A DNA stretch of 24,000 bases from NCBI GenBank assembly GCA_963675245.1, contig OY775910.1:752801-776800 (forward strand). The letters are read 5' to 3'. Position 1 is the first letter of the stretch. The number at the start of each line of letters is the position of its first letter. This document shows positions 1 through 8,050 of this stretch, in pieces. The position numbers were made by a program, and so were the translations under genes. Source of the stretch: Acholeplasmataceae bacterium. Lineage in GTDB: Bacteria > Bacillota_I > Bacilli_A > Acholeplasmatales > Acholeplasmataceae. A model generated the notes under the pieces. That model saw only the letters and a list, made by a program, of their open reading frames with translations, ran no database searches and was not told where the DNA came from.

Positions 1-663
1 ATCTTTACTAAAGGATTTTGGAAAGAAAATGGTATCTTCGTTATGGCGCTTGGTTTATGTCCTGCGCTTGCTGTTACCTCAACGTTTGAAGGTGCGTTTG
101 GTATGGGGATCCTCGTTATGATTATTCTAACGGCGACCAATACAACTGTTTCTCTGATTAGAAAATTCGTACCCGATACAGTACGTATTCCAACCTACGT
201 TATTATTATCGCGACTGAAGTTACTGTCTTAAAGATGATGGTAGATGCATTCGCTCCAGATTTAGCAAATGTATTAGGCGTATTCATCGCGTTAATTACT
301 GTTAACTGTATTGTATTTGGTAGAGCGGAATCATTCGCGTCTAAAAATACGGTTGTAAAATCAATGCTTGATGGTTTGGGAGTTGCTATTGGTTTTGCAT
401 TCTCACTATCAATGATCGGATTTATACGTGAATTTATAGGTACAGGTGCGATTAAACTAGGTTACACATTACCACTAGGATTCCAATATACATTATTTGG
501 CAATACCGTGCTTTCTGATTATGCGATTTCTGTACTCGTGAACCCACCAGGTGCATTCTTAACGATTGGTGTGTTGCTTGCTATCTTCACTTGGTATAAA
601 CAAGCAAAGACTGTTAGAGATGCCATGAAAGCTAAAAAGTTAAGGGAGGCTAAAAAAGCATGA
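1..663 (+). CDS. rnfE: Rnf complex subunit E (5' end cut by window edge)
   Basis: Frame 1 is open from nt 1. Translation GFWKENGIFVMALGLCPALAVTS matches the conserved RnfE/NqrD N-terminal motif (GLWK.N....LLGLCP.LAVTS). Polytopic hydrophobic protein. Its TGA stop overlaps the next start (ATGA at 660-663). Confidence 0.85.
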   Translation: MFTKGFWKENGIFVMALGLCPALAVTSTFEGAFGMGILVMIILTATNTTVSLIRKFVPDTVRIPTYVIIIATEVTVLKMMVDAFAPDLANVLGVFIALITVNCIVFGRAESFASKNTVVKSMLDGLGVAIGFAFSLSMIGFIREFIGTGAIKLGYTLPLGFQYTLFGNTVLSDYAISVLVNPPGAFLTIGVLLAIFTWYKQAKTVRDAMKAKKLREAKKA

Positions 664-1232
664 GTTTACTTCTATTATTAATATCCTCCATCTTAATTAA
701 CAATATCGTGTTGATGCAGTTCTTAGGATTATGTTCATTCTTCGGTGTCTCAACAAAGATGAAGTCAGTTGTTGGTATGGGATTAGCAGTTATCGTCGTT
801 ATTACATTAGCAGCGGCGATTACTTGGCCACTATATTATTATGTTTTACAACCTTTAAATATCGCTTATATTGATACGATTGCGTTTATCTTAGTGATCG
901 CATCACTCGTTCAATTAACTGAATTAGTGATTAAACGTGTCAGCCATTCTTTATATAAAGCACTTGGCGTCTATCTACCATTAATCGCGACGAATTGTGC
1001 GGTTTTAGGGGTAGCTTTACAAAACGTTGCAGTAGATAAAACTTATAGTGAAGCACTTGTTTATGGTGTTGGTTCAGCAATGGGTTATGCGTTTATTATT
1101 ATTGTGTTTGCTGCAATTAGAATCAGACTTGATTCAGCAAACGTTCCTAGAGCTGTCAAAGGCTTACCTATTGCATTTATTACAGCTAGTTTAATGGCGT
1201 TAGCGTTTATGGGACTAGGAGGCATGATTTAA
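660..1232 (+). CDS. rnfA: Rnf complex subunit A
   Basis: 190 aa. NNIVLMQFLGLCSFFGVS, YLPLIATNCAVLGVAL and AFILVIASLVQLTE closely match RnfA/NqrE signature segments. Translationally coupled on both sides. Confidence 0.9.
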   Translation: MSLLLLLISSILINNIVLMQFLGLCSFFGVSTKMKSVVGMGLAVIVVITLAAAITWPLYYYVLQPLNIAYIDTIAFILVIASLVQLTELVIKRVSHSLYKALGVYLPLIATNCAVLGVALQNVAVDKTYSEALVYGVGSAMGYAFIIIVFAAIRIRLDSANVPRAVKGLPIAFITASLMALAFMGLGGMI

Positions 1233-1462
1233 TGGATCTAGTACAATTTTTAATTTTGCTTGCTATTGTAGGCGGAGTGATCGGCTTATATGTAGCAACC
1301 ATGTATTTAAATAAAGCAGTTGCTATACCTGAAGACTGCAAACATGCGTATGACGAAGCACAAACATGTGGTGTTTGTGCATCTCATGGATCATGTACGA
1401 TTGCTGGAAGCGAAGATAAATTCCAAGACGCCATCGAATTCATGAAGGAGGTTAAATTATGA
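1232..1462 (+). CDS. Small membrane-anchored Cys-rich protein (one N-terminal TM helix, then C-x9-C-x2-C-x5-C), putative Rnf accessory or split RnfB-like peptide
   Basis: 76-aa ORF between rnfA and rnfB. Start overlaps the rnfA stop (TAATG) and stop overlaps the rnfB start (ATGA). Hydrophobic N-terminus LILLAIVGGVIGLYVA, then CKHAYDEAQTCGVCASHGSC. No family recognised. Confidence 0.6.
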   Translation: MDLVQFLILLAIVGGVIGLYVATMYLNKAVAIPEDCKHAYDEAQTCGVCASHGSCTIAGSEDKFQDAIEFMKEVKL

Positions 1463-1779
1463 TTGATTTATTTTTACCTCTCCTCATTTTAGGTGCGTTG
1501 GGTATTGTGATGGGAATTATCTTATCACTTGCCAATCGATTCTTAACGGTTGAAGAAGACCCAAGAATTGATGCTGTTGAAAAATTATTACCAAATTATA
1601 ATTGTGGTGCTTGTGGTACACCTGGTTGTCATGCATTTGCAGAAGGCATCATTATGGGTGAAGTGAAAAAACTTTCACGTTGTAAACCTGGTAAACCAGA
1701 TAAGCATTTCAATCCAATCTTAGAGTTCTTAAAAGATCATCCAAATGTTGATGGATCAAAGATTGATGTAAAGATCTAA
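1459..1779 (+). CDS. rnfB: Rnf complex subunit B, short form (N-terminal TM helix plus Fe-S domain only, no 2x[4Fe-4S] ferredoxin domain)
   Basis: 106 aa. RFLTVEEDPRIDAVEKLLPNYNCGACGTPGCHAFAEGI...CKPG aligns with the RnfB/RsxB N-terminal region (RRFAVEDDP..EKI.E.LPQ.QCGQCGYPGC..YAEA....C.PGG). The ORF stops before any CxxCxxCxxxCP motif. Confidence 0.8.
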   Translation: MIDLFLPLLILGALGIVMGIILSLANRFLTVEEDPRIDAVEKLLPNYNCGACGTPGCHAFAEGIIMGEVKKLSRCKPGKPDKHFNPILEFLKDHPNVDGSKIDVKI

Positions 1780-1804
1780 AGGACACATTGTTGTCCTTTT
1801 CTTT
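1779..1804 (+). terminator. Weak rho-independent terminator after rnfB
   Basis: AAGGACA (1779-1785) pairs with TGTCCTT (1792-1798), followed by TTCTTT. Confidence 0.45.
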
Positions 1805-1827
1805 GCAGGTATGAAAGAAGGGGTCTT

Positions 1828-2892
1828 ATGAAAAAAACATTAGTATTACTTATCGCAATATTCGGATTATTCCTTTTTTCTGCGTGCCAAGAAAGCACAC
1901 CGGATATCAAAGATTATACAAAATCGTTTATAAACGATTATATGGACACATATATTAGAATCGACTACGCGACTGATGATGCAGATTTAGCGGCTGAAAT
2001 CGCGTTAGGCGTTGAAGATATTCTCGCTCATTATCATGATTTAACAAACAATTATGAAGGACCGAGAGATGTGAATAACAGCCCTAATATTTATGAAATC
2101 AATCAGCGAATTGGTGAAACGATAGCGATTGATCCAGATTTATATGATATTTTAGTATTATCAGAAGAACTTAAAACATTGACAGACGGTTATTTTGATA
2201 TTGGCATTGGTAAACTAGTTGATTTATGGAAAGCTGAAATTGAGCATGGTTATGAGAATAATACGATGACCGAAATGGCATTTAATGCTGTCACTGCGGC
2301 ATCCGACGCACTTGATTTTTCTGGTAATGTGATTGATTTATCAGTTGATGGCTACATCACAACGGCTGGAGAACATTTAAAACTTGATTTAGGTGCGATT
2401 GCGAAAGGTTATGCGACACAAAAATTAAGAGAATATCTTATGGATAAAGAACTTGTATACTTCATGATTAATAGCGGCACAAGTTCATTTGTATTTGGAG
2501 AAAATAGAAATCGCGATACAGGTTTATATCATATTGGATTAGAAGATCCGATGAATACAGGTGTACCATATGGTGTGGTTTACGTTAAAAATACAAGTAT
2601 CACGACGAGTGGTAACTTTGTACAATATGTGATGTATAACGAGTTACGTTATCACCATATAGTTTCGCCACTTACAAAAAGACCAGAACAGTATTATCAC
2701 ACTCTGAGTTTAATCGCAGATGATGCAGGTGTGCTAGATGCATTATCTACGGCATTATTTTCTATGTCACCAAGTGTATTATCGTCTTGGTTAGAGGAGC
2801 ACCAAACGGATTTAGGATTAGAAGTGATTAGTTATAATTATGATTTAAGTATCTCAACATATCTCATTGATACGGTATTTGAGGAACAATAA
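1828..2892 (+). CDS. apbE: FAD:protein FMN transferase (ApbE/Ftp family) lipoprotein
   Basis: 354 aa. Signal peptide with lipobox LFLFSAC. DLGAIAKGYA and TTSGN motifs are typical of the ApbE family. Lies directly downstream of rnf, whose RnfG/RnfD subunits need ApbE flavinylation. Confidence 0.85.
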   Translation: MKKTLVLLIAIFGLFLFSACQESTPDIKDYTKSFINDYMDTYIRIDYATDDADLAAEIALGVEDILAHYHDLTNNYEGPRDVNNSPNIYEINQRIGETIAIDPDLYDILVLSEELKTLTDGYFDIGIGKLVDLWKAEIEHGYENNTMTEMAFNAVTAASDALDFSGNVIDLSVDGYITTAGEHLKLDLGAIAKGYATQKLREYLMDKELVYFMINSGTSSFVFGENRNRDTGLYHIGLEDPMNTGVPYGVVYVKNTSITTSGNFVQYVMYNELRYHHIVSPLTKRPEQYYHTLSLIADDAGVLDALSTALFSMSPSVLSSWLEEHQTDLGLEVISYNYDLSISTYLIDTVFEEQ

Positions 2893-2893
2893 A

Positions 2894-3394
2894 ATGAAAC
2901 AATGGGGCTTAAAAACAAGAGATTTATTGTTAGCGGCAATTTTACTGCTATTAGCTGGTGGTGTTTTTATCACGATTAGGATTATCGCGTTGAATAGTGA
3001 CGCCTCATATGCTAATGTGTACTATGGCAGTTCAAATGAACCTATTGTTGAAGTTAATTTTGATTCAGGATTGGCACAAGTCAATTATGAGCAAAGTGTC
3101 CCAGAAAGTTATACCATCACTTATCCTTATATAGAAAACGGTCAAAATGATGCTGGTCATGCAGTGATTTGGGTGACATTGTTAGGTGACTATGAAATAG
3201 ATCATATAAGACAAGAATTGGTGATTGAATTTGATTTAGATCAAAAATCAATTCAAATTATAGAGGAAGAAAGTCCACAAAACATTTGTAGTAGACAAGG
3301 GATATCGACATCAGCACCACTCATTTGTCTACCCAATCGTGTCCGTGTAGAGTTTGTCACATCAGGTGATGTTGACATCGACTATTTGAGTTAG
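2894..3394 (+). CDS. NusG domain II-containing membrane-anchored protein (DUF1312-like)
   Basis: N-terminal TM helix LLLAAILLLLAGGVFITI. C-terminal IQIIEEESPQNICSRQGISTSAPLICLPNRVRVEF matches the NusG_II signature (CP..iC..qGwI......ivCLPn.v.i). Start moved to ATG 2894, with GAGGA 8 nt upstream. The track's 2867 start would overlap apbE. Confidence 0.75.
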   Translation: MKQWGLKTRDLLLAAILLLLAGGVFITIRIIALNSDASYANVYYGSSNEPIVEVNFDSGLAQVNYEQSVPESYTITYPYIENGQNDAGHAVIWVTLLGDYEIDHIRQELVIEFDLDQKSIQIIEEESPQNICSRQGISTSAPLICLPNRVRVEFVTSGDVDIDYLS

Positions 3395-3397
3395 CCT

Positions 3398-3916
3398 ATG
3401 AACAGAAGAGAACAGACAAAGAAAATGGTGTTACTTGCTAATTTTCTAGCGATAGCCATTGTCTTAAACATTGTTGAATCGATGATTTCTATCATCCCCG
3501 TACCTGGTGCTAAAATAGGATTCGCTAATATTGTTACGTTGATTATTATCTATATATATGGGTACAAAGAAGCGACGACAGTAACCATACTTAGAATTTT
3601 ATTGGTGGCGTTGCTAAGCGGAAGACTCTTTGGTCCTACTTTTTGGTTAGGATTATCTGGATCAATATTATCCTTATCAGTGATGATTGTTATTCATAAA
3701 TTTAAATTATTCGGGACAGTTGGCGTGAGTGTTTTGGGTTCGTTTTTCCACAGTATAGGACAGATTATCGCAGGTATATTTGTGCTTGGTAGTGTCGCGG
3801 TTTTAACGTATTTACCCATCATGTTATTGATTAGTATACCGGCAGGTATTCTAACTGGGATGATCGCGGCTAAATTTGTCTCAGTTTGGACAGCAACACA
3901 CAACGAAAAAACCTAA
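3398..3916 (+). CDS. Gx transporter family membrane protein (formerly annotated 'heptaprenyl diphosphate synthase component I')
   Basis: 172 aa, about 5 TM helices. LANFLAIAIVLNIVESMISIIPVPGAKIGFANIVTLIIIYIYG matches the family's N-terminal signature (lal.l..iE..ip.PiPG.KlGlaNivtl..l). Typical partner gene of NusG_II proteins. Confidence 0.75.
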   Translation: MNRREQTKKMVLLANFLAIAIVLNIVESMISIIPVPGAKIGFANIVTLIIIYIYGYKEATTVTILRILLVALLSGRLFGPTFWLGLSGSILSLSVMIVIHKFKLFGTVGVSVLGSFFHSIGQIIAGIFVLGSVAVLTYLPIMLLISIPAGILTGMIAAKFVSVWTATHNEKT

Positions 3917-3940
3917 TTTTTTGAAAGTGGAAACAAATGC

Positions 3941-3969
3941 TTGCACTCGTGTGGGCTTAATGATATAAT
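3941..3969 (+). promoter_or_regulatory. Sigma-70/SigA-type promoter of rpmE
   Basis: TTGCAC (3941-3946), 17 nt spacer, TATAAT (3964-3969) with an extended -10 TG at 3961-3962. Confidence 0.6.
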
Positions 3970-4025
3970 GTATTCGCAAAACTTACTATGGCGGACAAAA
4001 AGCCATGGCGGAAGGAGACCAAACG

Positions 4026-4289
4026 ATGAAAAAAGGAATTCATCCAAATTTCAACGTTATTAAGGTAAAATGCTCAACTTGCGGGTTTGAACATGAAATC
4101 GGAACGACAATTAAAGATTTCAGAATTGATACATGTTCAAATTGCCATCCATTCTATACAGGACAACAAACGTTCGTTCAGGCAGCTGGACGTGTTGAAA
4201 GATTCAACAAGCGTTATGGCATTAACAGCAATCAGCAACAACCACAAAACGAAGAAAATACAGAAGCAGAAGTTAAAGAACAAGAATAA
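4026..4289 (+). CDS. rpmE: 50S ribosomal protein L31 (Zn-ribbon type A) with a Q/E-rich C-terminal extension
   Basis: MKKGIHPNF...CSTCG...CSNCHPFYTGQQ...GRVERFNKRYG is the canonical L31 sequence. GGAAGGAG RBS lies upstream of ATG 4026, so the track's 4005 start was rejected. Confidence 0.92.
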   Translation: MKKGIHPNFNVIKVKCSTCGFEHEIGTTIKDFRIDTCSNCHPFYTGQQTFVQAAGRVERFNKRYGINSNQQQPQNEENTEAEVKEQE

Positions 4290-4312
4290 CGTGATATTAA
4301 TCACGTTTTTTC
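4289..4312 (+). terminator. Rho-independent terminator after rpmE
   Basis: ACGTGAT (4289-4295), ATTA loop, ATCACGT (4300-4306), then TTTTTCTT. Confidence 0.75.
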
Positions 4313-4339
4313 TTAAACAGAGGACAGAGGTGTCAGGGG

Positions 4340-4930
4340 ATGTATCATACATATAACAAAGGGTTTATTGAAGTTGTCTGTGGACCAATGTTTGCAGGTA
4401 AAACAGAAGAGTTGATTAGACGAATCAAAAGACTTGAATATGCGAAACAAAATGTACTCGTCTTTAAACCAGCTGTTGATGTTCGCTATGAAAAAGATGA
4501 AATTGTCTCACATAACCTATCTAAAAAACCATCCATCGTTGTAGGTACAAGTGGAGAAATTATGGATTATGTTCAAGAAGCAACGGACGCTGTTGTGATT
4601 GATGAAGCACAATTTTTTGATCACGGGATTGTTGATGTTGCTGAACATTTAGCAGATCGCGGAATTCGCGTGATTGTAGGCGGTTTAGATACTGACTTTA
4701 GAGGTGAACCATTTGGTGCAATGCCAGACTTGCTTGCTAGAGCTGAGTTTGTTACAAAACTCACTGCGATTTGTGTGAAGAGCGGGTTACCAGCAACAAG
4801 AACACAACGTATCATTAATGGTAGACCAGCGAATTATTCGGATCCTTTAGTGCTGATTGGCGCGACAGAGTCTTATGAACCAAGATCAAGACATTATCAT
4901 GAAGTCCCAGGAAAACCTAAAAAAGATTAA
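4340..4930 (+). CDS. tdk: Thymidine kinase
   Basis: 196 aa. P-loop GPMFAGKTEELIRR and DEAQFF, with a C-terminal Zn-lasso region. Typical type II TK. Confidence 0.92.
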   Translation: MYHTYNKGFIEVVCGPMFAGKTEELIRRIKRLEYAKQNVLVFKPAVDVRYEKDEIVSHNLSKKPSIVVGTSGEIMDYVQEATDAVVIDEAQFFDHGIVDVAEHLADRGIRVIVGGLDTDFRGEPFGAMPDLLARAEFVTKLTAICVKSGLPATRTQRIINGRPANYSDPLVLIGATESYEPRSRHYHEVPGKPKKD

Positions 4931-4934
4931 ATTT

Positions 4935-5366
4935 ATGACCGCTGCACTTAAAGAAGCACAAAAAGCATTTGAAAAAAATGAAGTGCCCGTTGGTGCAGTC
5001 GTCGTATATGATGGTAAAATCATTGCGAGAGGTCATAATAAAAGAGAAGGCGAACAGCTCATTCACGGCCATGCAGAATTTTTGGCAATGATGAAAGCTG
5101 CGAAAAAATTAGGCAGTTGGCGGTTAGAAGATTGTGACATATATGTGACGATGGAGCCGTGCCCAATGTGTGCTGGCGCGATGATTCAATCACGTGTTAG
5201 AAATGTTTTTTATGGTGTTAAGGATTATAAGTCTGGTGTCGCTGATAGTATCATGGAAATGTTTGACTTACCCTTTAATCATCATGTGCACGTTGAAGGA
5301 ATGATTATGGCAGAAGAAAGCGAAGCATTGTTAAAAAGGTTTTTCAAACAATTAAGACATAAATAG
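4935..5366 (+). CDS. tadA: tRNA-specific adenosine deaminase
   Basis: CDA-fold motifs HAE (GHAEFLA) and PCPMCAGA. Start set to ATG 4935 (MTAALKEAQKA...) just after the tdk stop. The track's 4857 start lies inside tdk. Confidence 0.9.
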   Translation: MTAALKEAQKAFEKNEVPVGAVVVYDGKIIARGHNKREGEQLIHGHAEFLAMMKAAKKLGSWRLEDCDIYVTMEPCPMCAGAMIQSRVRNVFYGVKDYKSGVADSIMEMFDLPFNHHVHVEGMIMAEESEALLKRFFKQLRHK

Positions 5367-5478
5367 CCCTTTTCGGGCATCATCACTCAATTGTAGCGTG
5401 TGAACCTGGTCAGGCCTTGATCGGAGCAGCCATAAGCACTTCTATGATGTGGGTGATGATGCCCGAGTAGGGCTTTTA
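5365..5478 (+). ncRNA. ffs: Signal recognition particle RNA (small 4.5S/scRNA type)
   Basis: ACCTGGTCAGGCC...GGAGCAGCCATAAGCA matches the conserved SRP domain IV motif (GGUCAGGUCC....GGAAGCAGCCAAGGCA). It is closed by a long helix, GGGCATCATCAC (5375-5386) with GTGATGATGCCC (5453-5464), and an outer pair AGCCC/GGGCT. Ends in a T-run. Position directly after tadA mirrors the tadA-scr arrangement in Bacillus. Ends are approximate. Confidence 0.75.
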
Positions 5479-5570
5479 TTATTTGAATAACCAATAAATC
5501 ATGTACTAACCAGATACTAAAGGTGTATACTATACAATGTAAGAAATAAAAAAATTCAAGATTTAGTGGG

Positions 5571-7901
5571 GTGCTTAAGGTGGGGAAAAAGTCTATTTGG
5601 TTAATCTTAATCATGATGTTTTTTTTAGTATCTTGCCAAAGTCAAATTTCTAGCATAGAAGATATCGATAACTATATTGAAAATTTTATGTCTCACAGTA
5701 ATCAATTTAATATTGATACAACAATTGATGCATCTATTACTGCTAACGGTGTTGAAACATCACTTACTGAAGAGATTGAAATGTTTATTCAAATAGAGCC
5801 ATACTACCTTACATATGTGGACGAAGGTATGACATATATAGAGTATATGGAAGACGACTTAATAAAAACAGCTTCGTATGATGAAATGTCACAAGTTGAA
5901 GGAAAATTTCTATATACATATTTAGAATATTTGCCTGATAATTATACAACATACGATATTGAATTAGATTTAAAAGACAATCATTATGATATAAAAAAGA
6001 CAAGACAGGGTTCATATGTCATAGAGGCTAACGTTAGAGATTTACTTTCAGAAAATGATTATGAATTAATTAATGCAATGATGGGCTCATTTCATTCAAC
6101 AGATGATTTTATAGAAGATGCTACTGCTAAAGCAGAGATTTTTTTATCAAGAAAAGAAATACGTTATATTGTGACAGTAAATATCGATATTGATGATTAT
6201 GATATTGCAGTGGAAGTTACAATGGACTTAAAAATTAGGTATGCATCATTTACAACAGTCGATGTTAGTGATACAACATTGTTTTTCCCTATCTCTTCTG
6301 GTGAAGGATCAGCTGTCATTGATGTTCACGAACATATATTATATCCTGCTCATCGAACAGGAGCAGTTAGTTACGATATTTATTTAGAGCCAGGTAAGTA
6401 TGTGTTTGATATCTTAGAAGAAGATTTTTCTGGAAGAAGAGTTCATGTTAATATCTATGACAAAAATACACTTGAAAGTGTATTAACTTTCGCAGACGTA
6501 TATAGTCCTACATACGATTTATATGAATCATCTATTAACACCTATTTCAATATCAATGAGGTGGGATATTACGAAATATTCATTGAGTATCCAGAATCAA
6601 ACATACCCGTAATTAGTCAACTTAAGGAGTATGAATATGATACAGATGGCACGATAAATCATGACTTAGTGGTTACTGAAAGTGGTACATATTACTACAA
6701 CATTGAAGGCCCATATGATTTCTTTTCTATCTATATTGACATACCTGGTTATACATATGTAGATATCACAAATTCAAACGGAAATAAGATGTATTTTACA
6801 GAATATGGCGAAGAAGAAATATATCATACATATAGTTTACACAATACACTTTCATATTTAAATCATGATCCACACAATATTTATATATTTGGTGACAACG
6901 CAATCAGTGGGACAGTTACTATTGAGTTAGAGCATTTAGATACAGCGGGTGAAATAGATTTTGACACAATGCCCGACATGCTAACAACGTTTGACATATA
7001 TTTACACACACAAAGTGACTTTATAGATCAATATTTAAAAGTTGAAATCATATCTCAAGGGTTTTATGAATTCTACTATGATATTATTGAAGGCTATCCA
7101 TTGATAAAAGATGCCCTGTATACTCAAAATGGAGAATTAGTAACAAACATCAATGAAGGCGAGATTGTACCACTAAGTATAGGAACATATTATTATTTAG
7201 TTTTGGGTGATAATTATGATGGTTACTACGGCATACGATATGATATGACATCAAAACATATTATCTCAAACGATTTGACAACACTTAATTCAATTGAAAC
7301 ACTTATAGGTAATTTAAATGACCTAAACTTAATTTGGGATTCAATAACAAGTAAAGATGACTATATTGTTTACAATTTTACATTGACAGAAGAAACAGAC
7401 GTTGTTATATCAAATGAAAGTGAATATCAATTGTATGCTGCTAGTGGAGAGAAGATTAGTTTAAATTTATATGATGCCACGTCGTATGGTGTTTACAGAT
7501 TAGATGCTGGAGACTACTTTGTTGGGGTGACGTTACCAAAAACATTTAATACAGATAATCTACCTTATGAGTATCATTTACTGCTTGGAGAATTAAATGT
7601 TCCTGGTTCTGAAAATGATACTTCAGTTTATCCATACTTTGAAATTTTAGAACCAAGAACCTGGGGAAATTCAATGCCAGATTATCTGGGAGATATTGAT
7701 GGTTATAAAATTATAGTTGACAAAGAAACAACATATGCTTTTACAGCTTATGAGTGGACAACAATTTTCAAAGGCAAACAACTGATTGCCACATTTTACA
7801 ACAGTGATACAATAACATTAGAACCTGGGATTTATTATGTCATTGGTGCGAGAAACCCAGAATATAATCCTTGGCACTTATACTATGATATTGTGGCGTA
7901 A
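5571..7901 (+). CDS. Large surface lipoprotein with repeated beta-sandwich-like modules, unknown function
   Basis: 776 aa. Signal peptide plus lipobox FFLVSC. Rich in Y/D/E/I/N. At least 8 recurrences of a strand motif h-x-x-G-x-Y-[YF]-h. The GTG start at 5571 is uncertain, since GTG 5580 is in frame. Confidence 0.75.
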   Translation: MLKVGKKSIWLILIMMFFLVSCQSQISSIEDIDNYIENFMSHSNQFNIDTTIDASITANGVETSLTEEIEMFIQIEPYYLTYVDEGMTYIEYMEDDLIKTASYDEMSQVEGKFLYTYLEYLPDNYTTYDIELDLKDNHYDIKKTRQGSYVIEANVRDLLSENDYELINAMMGSFHSTDDFIEDATAKAEIFLSRKEIRYIVTVNIDIDDYDIAVEVTMDLKIRYASFTTVDVSDTTLFFPISSGEGSAVIDVHEHILYPAHRTGAVSYDIYLEPGKYVFDILEEDFSGRRVHVNIYDKNTLESVLTFADVYSPTYDLYESSINTYFNINEVGYYEIFIEYPESNIPVISQLKEYEYDTDGTINHDLVVTESGTYYYNIEGPYDFFSIYIDIPGYTYVDITNSNGNKMYFTEYGEEEIYHTYSLHNTLSYLNHDPHNIYIFGDNAISGTVTIELEHLDTAGEIDFDTMPDMLTTFDIYLHTQSDFIDQYLKVEIISQGFYEFYYDIIEGYPLIKDALYTQNGELVTNINEGEIVPLSIGTYYYLVLGDNYDGYYGIRYDMTSKHIISNDLTTLNSIETLIGNLNDLNLIWDSITSKDDYIVYNFTLTEETDVVISNESEYQLYAASGEKISLNLYDATSYGVYRLDAGDYFVGVTLPKTFNTDNLPYEYHLLLGELNVPGSENDTSVYPYFEILEPRTWGNSMPDYLGDIDGYKIIVDKETTYAFTAYEWTTIFKGKQLIATFYNSDTITLEPGIYYVIGARNPEYNPWHLYYDIVA

Positions 7902-7913
7902 TTTATAAAGTTA

Positions 7914-7956
7914 AAACAGAAGATTTATTATATGAACGATAAATCTTCTGTTTTTA
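7914..7956 (+). terminator. Strong rho-independent terminator
   Basis: AAACAGAAGATTTAT (7914-7928) pairs with ATAAATCTTCTGTTT (7939-7953), followed by a T-run. Confidence 0.85.
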
Positions 7957-8009
7957 TGATGAAATCATAACATTTCACGCCTTTTACTTTACGCTTGCGA
8001 GTATGATGA

Positions 8010-8018
8010 TGTTATAAT
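8010..8018 (+). promoter_or_regulatory. Extended -10 promoter candidate for the 8051-13432 gene string
   Basis: TGTTATAAT (TG at 8010-8011, TATAAT at 8013-8018), 33 nt before the start at 8051. No well-spaced -35 element. Confidence 0.4.
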
Positions 8019-8050
8019 GATTATGACGTAAAATAACGGAGGAAACATAT

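Noticed and set aside
4230-4289. Q/E-rich C-terminal tail of L31 and the acidic tail of the 222-aa membrane protein (8630-8719) as special features
   Set aside because: Low-complexity tails are common in AT-rich genomes, and the sequence alone gives no functional inference.
4087-4356. ORFs 4087-4356+ and 4137-4352- overlapping rpmE
   Set aside because: These are alternative-frame or antisense readings of a canonical L31 gene and its terminator.
5387-5614. 75-aa minus-strand ORF
   Set aside because: It overlaps the SRP RNA and the lipoprotein gene start. The HHHPHH run is the antisense of the SRP closing helix.
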